The notes under the pieces: model-generated
Databases searched by the model: none
What the model saw: the letters and a program-made list of their open reading frames with translations, nothing else
Told to the model about the DNA's origin: nothing
Assembly (NCBI GenBank): GCA_018714185.1
Contig: DVNT01000015.1
Location: 6,042-70,041, forward strand
Origin: Candidatus Aphodousia gallistercoris
GTDB taxonomy: Bacteria; Pseudomonadota; Gammaproteobacteria; Burkholderiales; Burkholderiaceae_F
DNA: 64,000 nt
Direction: 5' to 3'
Made by a program: the position numbers and the translations under genes
Part shown: piece after piece, positions 29,657 to 39,434 of the stretch
How the letters are laid out: each line of letters starts with the position of its first letter
Numbering within the stretch: the stretch's first letter is position 1

Positions 29657-31582
29657 TCATAATGCCGTCAGAGGTTGCCGAACTTCACGCGGCAAAATAA
29701 ATTTGACGGTGGTTCCTTGGTTTGGCTCCGACTCAATCTCAATGCGAGCTGAGATTTTTTGAGCGCGCTCACGCATGATGGATAAGCCCACGTGTCGTTG
29801 CTTGCGAGATTCTAACAGCTGAGGGTCAATCCCGATACCATCGTCCATAATTTTCATTTCAAAACTATCGCCGTTTTTGATGCTAACTAAGACCGTGGAA
29901 GCATGGGCGTGTTTTCTCACATTGGACAAGGCTTCCTGCAAGATGAAAATCGCCTGCAATTTTTGAGCCGAAGTCAATGACAAGCCGTTGCCGGTCATCG
30001 TTAAATGCACCTTAATGTGAGTCTGTCTTTCAAATCGCTCTAAAACGCTGCGGACTAAGTCATCCAAGACTTCGTTGCTGATGCGCGTTCTAAAGTTCAA
30101 AAGCAGTTCGCGAACGTCGTCGTAGCACTCCTGAACGCCGGCTTTTATTTGCTGAATCCCGTCATCAATTTGCTCTTTGTTTTTGTGCTTGAGTGCATCT
30201 TCAAGCATTTGCACCTGCAGATTAACAAAGGAAAGCGTTTGGGCAATGGAGTCATGCAAGTTTTGTGCTAAAAGGTTGCGCTCTTGCCCAACGGCTAATT
30301 GCTGGTCCAAAGCGGCCAGACGCATATTTTCAATCGCCGCGCCGAAATGCCTTCCCAAATTTTCCAACAAGGTATCTACCCCCTTATTGGGCTGGCGCTG
30401 TGCTTTGAAATACAGACTAAAAAGACCGATGTTTTTTTGCTTATGGCGAATGTGATAGATCATCACCAATTTAAAGCCATAGTCTTTGCAAATGCAGTTA
30501 GCGGGCAAGTCCTGCTCCTTTAAGGTCAAGGGGTAGGGACTTTGCAACGCTTTTTGATACAGCTCTTGCATCGGCGCTGAGCAGGATTGGCAACAACCTT
30601 CCTTGAGACCCTTGCGCCAAACGATTTCACAGCGCTCGCGTCCTTCGTTAATCAAACGAATATCTCCGGCCTGCGCCCCGGCTAAAATCATCACTCTTGC
30701 AATAAACGACTCGCACAGTTCATCCATGGAGTGTTGCTCCCCAAGGTAGGCCGTTAAGCCGTACAAAGCCGTCAAGTAAGCATTTTTTTCGGCCAAAGAA
30801 CCGGTCTTTTCAGCAACCTTCTTCTCCAGGTTGCTATAGACGTCATCCAAGTGGCTCGCCAGATCGTTAAAGCCGGCCGAAATTTGCGAAAACTCCTGAG
30901 TCCCCTCGGCATGAACCCGCGTTTTCCAGTCCGATGCCCGCAGCCTTTCAATACCGGTTCGCAATTGATTGAGCGGCCGCAAAACCGAAACAACCAAAAA
31001 CCACATCACAATGATGACGCTAAGAATGGAGACGCCGCCGAGAGCCACTTGCGTGTAGCGCAACACGACAATATTGCGGTTAGCTTCCGCATCAATCAGT
31101 GCCGTCCACTGTTCAATGCGCTGATTTAGAATAAACAGTTGATCTAAAAAGGTTTCTCTTTCCCGATCCGTAAACGCCGCCCCTTCATGCCAACGCAAAA
31201 CCGCCGGCTTGACCTGTTGACGCCACTTCGTGTCCACCACTTCCAATAGTTTGTCAATGCGCTCATCTTTGGCCATGACGCTATAGGTATCGTCATCACC
31301 GACCATAATGCGGGTGAGCTCATGGTCAATGCGCCAAACCGCCCCTTGCACATCAACGGCTATCTTTTCTTGAGCCGGCTGTTCAATGGTAAAAGCGTAA
31401 CCGAGACGGTATAGATCATTACGAATCAAATCGGCCGTCCGGACGATGCCGGTTGCATTTTCCAATTGCCACGATAAAAAAAGCGTGTAAACCACCGAGG
31501 CAATCAATATGGCAACCCACAGCAGCGTTAGGCGTAACAGTTGGCTTGAGAGCTGAGGAACCTGGGACAAAATATTCGGCAT
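29657..31582 (-). CDS. NarX/NarQ-type sensor histidine kinase
   Basis: 2 TM, HAMP, GAF-like region, HisKA_3 (ERNLLAQNLHDSIAQ), HATPase. Confidence 0.88.
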   Translation of the reverse strand: MPNILSQVPQLSSQLLRLTLLWVAILIASVVYTLFLSWQLENATGIVRTADLIRNDLYRLGYAFTIEQPAQEKIAVDVQGAVWRIDHELTRIMVGDDDTYSVMAKDERIDKLLEVVDTKWRQQVKPAVLRWHEGAAFTDRERETFLDQLFILNQRIEQWTALIDAEANRNIVVLRYTQVALGGVSILSVIIVMWFLVVSVLRPLNQLRTGIERLRASDWKTRVHAEGTQEFSQISAGFNDLASHLDDVYSNLEKKVAEKTGSLAEKNAYLTALYGLTAYLGEQHSMDELCESFIARVMILAGAQAGDIRLINEGRERCEIVWRKGLKEGCCQSCSAPMQELYQKALQSPYPLTLKEQDLPANCICKDYGFKLVMIYHIRHKQKNIGLFSLYFKAQRQPNKGVDTLLENLGRHFGAAIENMRLAALDQQLAVGQERNLLAQNLHDSIAQTLSFVNLQVQMLEDALKHKNKEQIDDGIQQIKAGVQECYDDVRELLLNFRTRISNEVLDDLVRSVLERFERQTHIKVHLTMTGNGLSLTSAQKLQAIFILQEALSNVRKHAHASTVLVSIKNGDSFEMKIMDDGIGIDPQLLESRKQRHVGLSIMRERAQKISARIEIESEPNQGTTVKFILPREVRQPLTAL

Positions 31583-31655
31583 ATTTGTTTAAAAAAGAAA
31601 GCGCACAAACCGAACGCCTGTACGCTTTCTTCAAGAAATTCAAACCGATGCTCTA

Positions 31656-32165
31656 TCAGTTTTGCTTATTCTTTTCCTGATCAGCGGCTGCGGCTGCCTG
31701 AGCCAAGCGCTGTTGGTACAGTGCTTCAAAATTCATTTCAGGCAAGTGCACAGGCGCCAAAGACGTGCGGGTAACCAAATCGGCCACGTTGGCACGAAGA
31801 TACGGGAACACGATCGTCGGGCAAACCACGTTGCAAATGTGGGCCATTTGATCTTCGCTAAAGCCACGGATTTGGAAAATGCCGGCTTGCTTGACTTCGG
31901 TAATCATCATCACGTTTTCTTCTTCCTTGATGGTCACCGTTGCGCGAACGCTGACTTCACGATGGGCTTCACCCAAGGCCTTGATGCTGACTTCGAATTG
32001 CATGTCAACCATCGGCTGCTTTTGCAGCGGCTTGACAAACATTTCGGGCGCATGGGGCATTTCCACCGATGCGTCCTTCATGTAGCAACGTTCAAGCTGG
32101 AAAACAGCGGCAGGGGCTTGTTCCTGGTTTTGAGCGCCTTCACTGTTCATGTTTTCTTCTGCCAT
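31656..32165 (-). CDS. secB: Protein export chaperone SecB
   Basis: YMKDASVEMP, EVKQAGIF, CPTIVFPY, NFEALY. Confidence 0.96.
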   Translation of the reverse strand: MAEENMNSEGAQNQEQAPAAVFQLERCYMKDASVEMPHAPEMFVKPLQKQPMVDMQFEVSIKALGEAHREVSVRATVTIKEEENVMMITEVKQAGIFQIRGFSEDQMAHICNVVCPTIVFPYLRANVADLVTRTSLAPVHLPEMNFEALYQQRLAQAAAAADQEKNKQN

Positions 32166-32195
32166 GATTTCATCCTTTTTAATAAAGAAAGAGAA

Positions 32196-32600
32196 TTAGC
32201 GAGAGAAGGGCAGTTGGGCATCCACCCACCCTTTAATCCCGTCTTTTAACACGTAAACGTCCTTGTAGCCCTTTTTACGCAATTGAGTAGCCGCTTTCAC
32301 GCTGAACGTATGAACCGTGTCGACCACCACAATCGGCCGATCCTTGGGGCACTCTTCCATACGGGCTTCAAAATTTTCAAAGGGGATATTCTTGGCTCCG
32401 GCAATAGCGCCACGCTTGAATTCTTTCGGAGAACGGACATCCAAAATGAAAGCGTTTTTTCTGTTGATGTACTCAATCGCTTGGTCATTATCGAGCACCG
32501 GTCCCATCGTCTTGCTGGAAACCATCGGCCACAGCAACATCGCACCGGAGGCCAATACAATCACAACCAAAAGAATATTGTCTAATAAAAATTCAATCAC
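32196..32600 (-). CDS. Rhodanese-like membrane protein (YibN-like)
   Basis: N-terminal TM, LDVR, LKDGIKGW. Confidence 0.88.
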   Translation of the reverse strand: MIEFLLDNILLVVIVLASGAMLLWPMVSSKTMGPVLDNDQAIEYINRKNAFILDVRSPKEFKRGAIAGAKNIPFENFEARMEECPKDRPIVVVDTVHTFSVKAATQLRKKGYKDVYVLKDGIKGWVDAQLPFSR

Positions 32601-32774
32601 GATGATCTCGCTTTAAGAACATGGAAAAGATGCCGTCCCCGATGAAACGGCACCGGTAGTTTGGGATAGTACAACAAATTACAACTTTTTTGTGCTCTGT
32701 CTCTTTGACAATCGAATTTTCTTCTAAAATTGAAAGGATTGCTTATTTCCTTATCTTTCATAAAGAAACTCATC

Positions 32775-33524
32775 ATGTTTAAGCTTGTTCTCATGCGACA
32801 TGGCGAAAGCCAGTGGAATCTTGAAAACCGTTTTACCGGTTGGACCGATGTCGACCTTACCGAAAAGGGGCGCGAAGAAGCCCGCAAGGCCGGGGAGCTA
32901 CTCAAAGCAGAAGGCTTTGAGTTCGACCTCTGCTACACCAGCGTGTTGCGCCGTGCCATCCATACGCTTTGGATTGCCCTTGATGCAATGGACTGCCCTT
33001 ATTTGCCGATTAAGAATTCGTGGCGTTTGAACGAGCGGCATTACGGTGCGCTTCAAGGCCTCAACAAGGCTGAAACCGCCGCCAAATATGGTGACGAGCA
33101 GGTGCTGATCTGGAGACGCGCTTACGCAATCCCGCCTAATCCGCTCAGCCCGGATGATGAACGCTGGGCCGGCCGTGATCGCCGCTACAGCAGCCTGAAG
33201 CCTGAAGAGATCCCCGCAACGGAGTGCTTAAAGGATACGGTAGCCCGCGTCATCCCCTATTGGAAGGAAGAAATTGAGCCGGCCATTAAAAGCGGCCAAC
33301 GCATTTTGATTGCGGCCCACGGCAACTCCCTGCGCGCTTTAATCAAATACATTGACAATATGAGTGACGATGAAATCGTGCACTTAAATATTCCGACGGC
33401 CCGTCCTCTGGTCTACGAGTTCGATGACGATATGAAGCCCATTCGTCACTATTACTTGGGCAATCAAGCCGAGATTGAAGCGGCGATGGCTGCCGTTGCC
33501 GCTCAAGGTAAAGCAAAGAAGTGA
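32775..33524 (+). CDS. gpmA: 2,3-BPG-dependent phosphoglycerate mutase
   Basis: [22 protein letters not shown]. Confidence 0.97.
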   Translation: MFKLVLMRHGESQWNLENRFTGWTDVDLTEKGREEARKAGELLKAEGFEFDLCYTSVLRRAIHTLWIALDAMDCPYLPIKNSWRLNERHYGALQGLNKAETAAKYGDEQVLIWRRAYAIPPNPLSPDDERWAGRDRRYSSLKPEEIPATECLKDTVARVIPYWKEEIEPAIKSGQRILIAAHGNSLRALIKYIDNMSDDEIVHLNIPTARPLVYEFDDDMKPIRHYYLGNQAEIEAAMAAVAAQGKAKK

Positions 33525-34942
33525 TAGTTAAAAGCTGTCTTTTTTCCATGGGCAAGGCGCTCGGAATCGCGGGCGCTTTGCTCTGTTTGTCATTGAGCCC
33601 GCTGGGAAGTTACACGCTTGTCCCGGAGGCTGATGCTGCCCAGGAAGTCAAAAAAGCGTCTTCGCAAAAGAAAACGACCCAGGCAAAAAAGACAGCTGCC
33701 CAAACCACAAAAAAAACAACCGCTTCCAAAAGCAACCAGCAAACCGCTAAAACGGCGAAGAAAAAGGATGACGACATCAGCGTCTCCCGCCGCAACGAAC
33801 TGCAAAACCAACAAAAGTCGCTTCAGGAGCAATTGGGTTCCTTAAAGAAGCAATTGTCTCAGGCAGAAGCAAGCCAAAACGAAGCCAGCGATGCGCTTCG
33901 CTCAAGCGAAGAGGCCATTTCCAAAGCCAATCGCCGGCTGCGCGACCTCGGCAACGAGCGAGCCCGAGTGGAAAAGCAGCTGCGACAGCTGCGAGAGCAG
34001 GAGCTGTCGGTGACCGGGCAGCTGACAAGCGCTGAAAAACAAAGCCGCGCTATTGCCAGAGCTCAGTATTTGAACACCCGCAGGCAATCTTGGCAGACCT
34101 TGGTCGCCGGAATTAATCCCCATGTTGTCGCCCGCGATGCCGCTTCGCTACAATACTTTGCCAAAGCCCAAGAAACGACCGTTCATAAGCTCTCTGAAGA
34201 GCAAGCCAGCATCCATTCGGTCTCCGAGCAAACCCAAAGCAAACGCAAGGAACTGGCTCAAATTGCCGCGAGCGAAGAAAAAGGCCGGGCTCAATTGGTT
34301 AAGGAACAGGCCGCTCGCAAGGAAACGCTTTCCAAACTGCAAAAACAGATTTCCGAGCAACGGGCATCTATTGACAAACTTGAACGCGACCAAGCCCGCT
34401 TGGGCGAATTGGTGGCCAATATTGACAAAGTGCTCGCCCAACGCAAAGCCGAAGCCGAGCGCAAGGCTCAAGAGGCGCGCCGCAAACAGCCGGCCAGCGG
34501 CAAGGTTTCCGTCGGCGGAAAAGTGCCCAGCGGAGTATTTGCAAAGCAAAAAGGCAAATTGGTCATGCCGGCTCTTGGTAAAATCACCGGCCGTTACGGC
34601 CGCGCTCGCGCCAATGTCTCCGGCAAGAGCACCACTTGGCGCGGCATTATGATCCAGGCCCGCCAAGGCTCGGACGTTCTGGCTTGCGCCAACGGTCAGG
34701 TTGTTTTCTCCGATTGGCTAAGAGGCTTCGGCAACCTGATTATTGTTGACCACGGCGACGGCTATCTTTCGATTTACGCCAATAACGAATCGCTCTTTAA
34801 GAGTGTCGGCGACCAGGTCAGTCGTGGTGAAACCATTGCCTCGGTAGGCAACACCGGTGGCGAAGACAAGCCCGGACTTTACTTCGAACTGCGCCGCAAC
34901 GGGCAACCCTTCGATCCCCTGCCCTGGATCGGAAAGGATTAA
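33521..34942 (+). CDS. envC: Murein hydrolase activator EnvC
   Basis: Signal peptide, long coiled coil, degenerate M23 domain (WRGI, YANN, LYFELR). Confidence 0.88.
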   Translation: MIVKSCLFSMGKALGIAGALLCLSLSPLGSYTLVPEADAAQEVKKASSQKKTTQAKKTAAQTTKKTTASKSNQQTAKTAKKKDDDISVSRRNELQNQQKSLQEQLGSLKKQLSQAEASQNEASDALRSSEEAISKANRRLRDLGNERARVEKQLRQLREQELSVTGQLTSAEKQSRAIARAQYLNTRRQSWQTLVAGINPHVVARDAASLQYFAKAQETTVHKLSEEQASIHSVSEQTQSKRKELAQIAASEEKGRAQLVKEQAARKETLSKLQKQISEQRASIDKLERDQARLGELVANIDKVLAQRKAEAERKAQEARRKQPASGKVSVGGKVPSGVFAKQKGKLVMPALGKITGRYGRARANVSGKSTTWRGIMIQARQGSDVLACANGQVVFSDWLRGFGNLIIVDHGDGYLSIYANNESLFKSVGDQVSRGETIASVGNTGGEDKPGLYFELRRNGQPFDPLPWIGKD

Positions 34943-34943
34943 C

Positions 34944-36407
34944 ATGAGTAAGCTATTTATCCCCCTCGTAAAAACCGCACTTTCCGTTACTCTTTGCACA
35001 GCCTTGGGGCTTTCCGGCGCCCAGGCTCAACCCGCCGCCAAAGAGCCGCTTCCCTTACAGGAGATCCGTCAATTCACGGATGTCTACAGTGCGATCAAGG
35101 CCTTTTACGTTGATGCAGACCAAACCAAAGATTCGCTTTTACTTGAAAACGCGCTTGCCGGCATGCTCTCGGGCTTGGATCCTCACTCGGCCTACTTGGA
35201 TAAGGAAGCATTCGAAGAAATGAAAGAGGGAACCGAGGGTGAATTCGGCGGGCTCGGTTTGGAGGTAACAATGGATGCCTCCGGGGTTTTGGTCATTGCC
35301 CCGATTGACGATACGCCGGCAGCCCGCGCCGGCATTTTGGCCGGTGACATCATTGTTAAAATCGACAATCAGGCCACACGCGCCATGAGCTTATCGGAAA
35401 ACGTTAAACTCATGCGAGGCAAACCCAAAACCAAAATTGACTTGGTCATCGCTCGCAAAGGCTTGGATAAGCCGCTTGAGATTACCATCACTCGAGATAT
35501 TATCAAAGTTCAATCGGTCAAAATGAAAGAGCTGCCCGATGGCATCGCTTATATCCGTATCTCGCAATTCCAAGAACATACGGCAAATGATTTGGCCAAA
35601 TACTTAACGGCCTTAAATAAGAAGAACCATCTCAAAGGCCTCGTTCTGGACTTAAGAAATGACCCCGGCGGCTTACTCAATGCGGCTATCGGCGTTGTTT
35701 CCGCCTTTGTAGACAAAGATCAGATTGTCGTCAGCACAAAAGGCCGTACGGCAGACTCCAACAGGGAATTCAAAACCCGACCGGCCGATTACTTAAACTT
35801 TGGTCAAAAGCCCTCTGACGATTTAGTCGCCAAGCTGCCCGCTCAGGTGAAAAAGGTTCCCATGGTCGTGCTCATTAACGCGGCAAGCGCGAGCGCCAGC
35901 GAAATCGTCTCCGGAGCCCTTCAGGACCACAAGCGAGCCACCATCATGGGACAACAGTCCTTCGGTAAAGGTAGCGTGCAAACCGTTTTGCCCTTGCGCC
36001 CGATGGACGGCAGCGAGCCCACCACCGGCATTAAGCTCACGACATCTCGCTACTACACGCCTTCCGGACGCTCCATCCAAGCCACAGGCATCACCCCCGA
36101 TATTGAAATTGCCGACACGGCTGAAGGCAACTACGCCAGTTTTAACATTCGGGAAGCTGACTTGGCCCACCATCTCAAGAGCGAAGAGGCTAAGAAAGAG
36201 TCCGAAAAAAAGATGAATGAGGCTCAGAAAAAAGAAGCTAAAATTGAGAATCAGCCGAAAACTCGGTATTTCTTCGGCGACGACAACGACTTTCAGCTGC
36301 AGCAGGCCGTGCATTACCTGGAGGGCGAAAAATACTTGACCGGTTTTGAGCCGATCGCCGAGGCGAAAAAGACAACGGAAAAGGCAAACAAAAACAATCA
36401 AAAATAA
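34944..36407 (+). CDS. S41 carboxyl-terminal protease (CtpA)
   Basis: LDPHSAY, PDZ GLG, DLRNDPGG, SASASEI, FGKGSVQ. Confidence 0.95.
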   Translation: MSKLFIPLVKTALSVTLCTALGLSGAQAQPAAKEPLPLQEIRQFTDVYSAIKAFYVDADQTKDSLLLENALAGMLSGLDPHSAYLDKEAFEEMKEGTEGEFGGLGLEVTMDASGVLVIAPIDDTPAARAGILAGDIIVKIDNQATRAMSLSENVKLMRGKPKTKIDLVIARKGLDKPLEITITRDIIKVQSVKMKELPDGIAYIRISQFQEHTANDLAKYLTALNKKNHLKGLVLDLRNDPGGLLNAAIGVVSAFVDKDQIVVSTKGRTADSNREFKTRPADYLNFGQKPSDDLVAKLPAQVKKVPMVVLINAASASASEIVSGALQDHKRATIMGQQSFGKGSVQTVLPLRPMDGSEPTTGIKLTTSRYYTPSGRSIQATGITPDIEIADTAEGNYASFNIREADLAHHLKSEEAKKESEKKMNEAQKKEAKIENQPKTRYFFGDDNDFQLQQAVHYLEGEKYLTGFEPIAEAKKTTEKANKNNQK

Positions 36408-36434
36408 ATTTGCCCGAACGAGCGGCAATTAGCC

Positions 36435-37574
36435 ATGCAACAGGTACTGATTCACGTTATTCCTTTATTTTTTGCCCTGTATGCGTACTCGAGCTTATTT
36501 GCCCGAACGCGCCTGCATTGGGCCATTAAGGGACTGAGCATTTTCTTTATCTTTTTTGCCAGCCAGTACCCGGCCTTTTGCCGCTCATTTTTTGCCGGCC
36601 ACGATCAAAGCGTCCCGCATCTTGGGATCATTTTGTGGAGCTGGCTTTTTGCCTCCCAAATTTTTCTTATCGTACTCGCCTTTCTTAAAGATGCGTACCA
36701 GCATCTGATGAAGTGGCTTTGCCATCGAGCCGCTGTGCCGCACGCAACGACGGCCGTGACTTTATGTACCTTGGCAATGTTTCTCGGAGCCTACGGCACA
36801 TACTCCGCGCTGAAACAGCCCCAAATCCGCTACGTGACGGTTCCCGTGGAAAATCTCTCGCCGGACTTGGAAGGCTTTCGCATCGTTCAGCTGTCTGATA
36901 TCCATGCGAGCGCGCTTTTGGATCGGTCTCGTCTGGAAAAAATCGTACAAACGACGAATGCACTCAATCCGGACCTGATTGCCGTCACCGGTGACATTGT
37001 TGACGGTCGCGTTGAGGTCAGGAAACAAGATGTCATGCCACTGGCGCAGTTGCACGCCCGGTACGGCGTGTATGCCGTTGAAGGCAACCATGACCACTAT
37101 GTCGATTACGACGGTTGGATGAAAGCCCTTCCGCGGCTTGGATTAAGCGTCCTGCATAACAGCCACGTTGTGCTCCAAGTAAACGGCTCGCCACTCATTA
37201 TTGCCGGGCTAACCGATCCTATGGCTAAGCGCTACGGGCGAGACCTGCCGGATATCCGCAAGGCCCTTGATGGAACCCAAGGACTTGGGGCACCGATCAT
37301 TTTATTGTCACACCAGCCCAAGCACAGCCGAGAATTTCTCGGTTACCACATCAATCTGCAATTATCAGGCCATACCCACGGCGGACAGATCTTCGGCATG
37401 CACTGGCTGGCCCAAGCTTTAAATGACGGTTTCGTCAAAGGAGCCTATCAATTAGGGCCGACGATGGTTTACGTTAACCGCGGAACCGGCCTTTGGTACG
37501 GTTTTCCCATTCGGTTGGGGATCCTCGGCGAGATTACCGTCTTCACATTGACTAGCTCGGTCAAAAATCCTTAG
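36435..37574 (+). CDS. Membrane-anchored metallophosphoesterase
   Basis: DIH, TGD.VD, GNHD, HQP, SGHTHGGQ. Confidence 0.92.
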   Translation: MQQVLIHVIPLFFALYAYSSLFARTRLHWAIKGLSIFFIFFASQYPAFCRSFFAGHDQSVPHLGIILWSWLFASQIFLIVLAFLKDAYQHLMKWLCHRAAVPHATTAVTLCTLAMFLGAYGTYSALKQPQIRYVTVPVENLSPDLEGFRIVQLSDIHASALLDRSRLEKIVQTTNALNPDLIAVTGDIVDGRVEVRKQDVMPLAQLHARYGVYAVEGNHDHYVDYDGWMKALPRLGLSVLHNSHVVLQVNGSPLIIAGLTDPMAKRYGRDLPDIRKALDGTQGLGAPIILLSHQPKHSREFLGYHINLQLSGHTHGGQIFGMHWLAQALNDGFVKGAYQLGPTMVYVNRGTGLWYGFPIRLGILGEITVFTLTSSVKNP

Positions 37575-37687
37575 GCGAACACACGCATTTCGCTGCCTGT
37601 TTTTTGTCTCTTCGCCCGCATTTTTGACGCCATCGGCCAAAAAATGATTAATATAGAAGTAGGCATTTATTTTCAGAGGCGAAAAAC

Positions 37688-38611
37688 ATGCTAGACAAAA
37701 ATCGTTTCCGTTACTCGGCGGCCATTGAGGCCTTAATTGAAAAACATTCTGACGAAGGCAATGACAGCATGTGGAGCGTTTGGCGGGACCGTCAAGTTAA
37801 CCGTAACGCATACGGCGGAAATTATTCTTTCGTTCTCGGCCGCTCCGATGATAAAGATTCTCTAGTCTACTTAAACTTTGATACGCCTTTCGATGGTTAT
37901 GCAGCCCATGCTCCCTACACCTTGGTGACGGGCATGACCGGCTCCGGTAAAAGCTCTTTCTTGCGTAACCTCATCTTGGATATTGCCATTACCAACACGC
38001 CGGATTTGGCTGCCATTAAAGTTTTTGATCCCAACGGCGGCTGGGCTTTTGAGAGTCTGAAAGGCTTGCATCGGTTGCGCGTTGAAAGCAATATCGAAAC
38101 GGCCAAGAGCTATCTGGACGGCATCACCAAATCAATCGAAGCCCATGAAAAACTTTTTGAAACTTTGGGCGTCAAGACATTGGAGGAATGCAATAAAGTT
38201 CTCGGCCTGAAAAAGCGCCTGATGCGTACTTTTGTCGTGATTGATGAAATTGCCGTTTGGCTCATTGATGATGATTTCAAAGCCAAGCTTCTGTCGGCTC
38301 TCAAAGCCATCTCCACGAAGGGTTGGAGCACCGGCTATCACTTGATTTTAGCAACTCAATGGCCTGATCCCCGAGTGCTTCCGCAAGAAGTTGTTCATTA
38401 TTTCGGCAACCGGATTTCGCTAAAATTACCCACCGAGGAAATGTCCGAATACGCCTTGGGCATAAAAGGAGCAGAAAATCTTACGGATTTGGGCCATATG
38501 CTGGCCGTTTTAAGAGGCGAATCTCATCCGATTCAATGCTGGGTTCCTTGGCTTTCCGATGAAGATGCAGAACGGATGGTCACAGCCATTCGGGTCGCAG
38601 AAGACCGTTAA
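37688..38611 (+). CDS. Stand-alone FtsK/SpoIIIE-type ATPase domain protein
   Basis: Walker A GMTGSGKS, Walker B VVIDE, ILATQWP, GAENL..GHML. Confidence 0.8.
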   Translation: MLDKNRFRYSAAIEALIEKHSDEGNDSMWSVWRDRQVNRNAYGGNYSFVLGRSDDKDSLVYLNFDTPFDGYAAHAPYTLVTGMTGSGKSSFLRNLILDIAITNTPDLAAIKVFDPNGGWAFESLKGLHRLRVESNIETAKSYLDGITKSIEAHEKLFETLGVKTLEECNKVLGLKKRLMRTFVVIDEIAVWLIDDDFKAKLLSALKAISTKGWSTGYHLILATQWPDPRVLPQEVVHYFGNRISLKLPTEEMSEYALGIKGAENLTDLGHMLAVLRGESHPIQCWVPWLSDEDAERMVTAIRVAEDR

Positions 38612-38619
38612 TCTCACCT

Positions 38620-38644
38620 AAGAGCGCCGTCGGCGCTCTTTTCT
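38620..38644 (+). terminator. Terminator after the FtsK-like gene
   Basis: AAGAGCGCC-GTC-GGCGCTCTTTT. Confidence 0.7.
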
Positions 38645-38648
38645 GATT

Positions 38649-39407
38649 ATGAGTAGTTTTAAGTTTTGCCAACCGAGCGGCTCAATCAGGAGACCGAAGC
38701 TGTGGCTTATCGACATGGATGATACGCTGTATTCGGCCTCCTCCGGGATGTTCCATCAGATTCACGTTCTGATGGATCGCTATATTGAGAAAGCTCTGCA
38801 ACTGTCTCCTGAGCAGGCAAACCGTCTGCGCAAGCAATACTGGCAACAGTACGGCGTTACCTTTTACGGCCTTTGGCTGCACCACGGCATTGATCCGCAT
38901 AACTTTTTAACCCAAACTCACAATGTAGACATTGAAAGCGTAAAAACCCAAGGCAAAATGCGCCAAGCGGTTTTGTCGTTGCCCGGACAACGGATTTTGT
39001 TTACGAACGCTCCGGAGCAGTTTGCCGATCGGATCTTGCGCAAGATTCATCTGCTAGATGTATTTACCGCACAGTATCGGGTCGAGCAAATGAAAGTCTT
39101 CGGTCGGTGGTCTCCCAAGCCGTCAGCAGCGATGATCAAAAAGGTTTTGGCAACGCACGGCGTCGCCCCGCAAGAGGCCTGCATCATTGATGACAACCTG
39201 AACAATCTCAAAATTGCCCATCAATTGGGACTACAGACCGTGCTTTGTACCGGCTGGCATCATTACGGCAGTGAAATTGCCCGCCCCATTGCCTACGTCG
39301 ATGCGCGCATTGCCCACCTCAGAGACATCGCCCGCCTTATCCGCAAGCCGATCTCTGCTACACTGACGCGACGCCGCAGACCCCGCTTTTTAAATCCCAG
39401 AGAGTAA
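38649..39407 (+). CDS. HAD-family hydrolase (pyrimidine 5'-nucleotidase-like)
   Basis: DMDDTLY, FTNA, KP, IDD..NL. Confidence 0.85.
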   Translation: MSSFKFCQPSGSIRRPKLWLIDMDDTLYSASSGMFHQIHVLMDRYIEKALQLSPEQANRLRKQYWQQYGVTFYGLWLHHGIDPHNFLTQTHNVDIESVKTQGKMRQAVLSLPGQRILFTNAPEQFADRILRKIHLLDVFTAQYRVEQMKVFGRWSPKPSAAMIKKVLATHGVAPQEACIIDDNLNNLKIAHQLGLQTVLCTGWHHYGSEIARPIAYVDARIAHLRDIARLIRKPISATLTRRRRPRFLNPRE

Positions 39408-39434
39408 CCTCTACAAACTAAGAAAGGATTCAAT

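Noticed and set aside
33640-33770. A-rich repetitive stretch
   Set aside because: Lys/Thr/Gln low-complexity linker of EnvC, in frame.
38620-38653. GGCGC hairpin before the ATGAG start of the HAD gene
   Set aside because: A short perfect stem plus T run fits a plain terminator; there is no inner stem or upstream SD.
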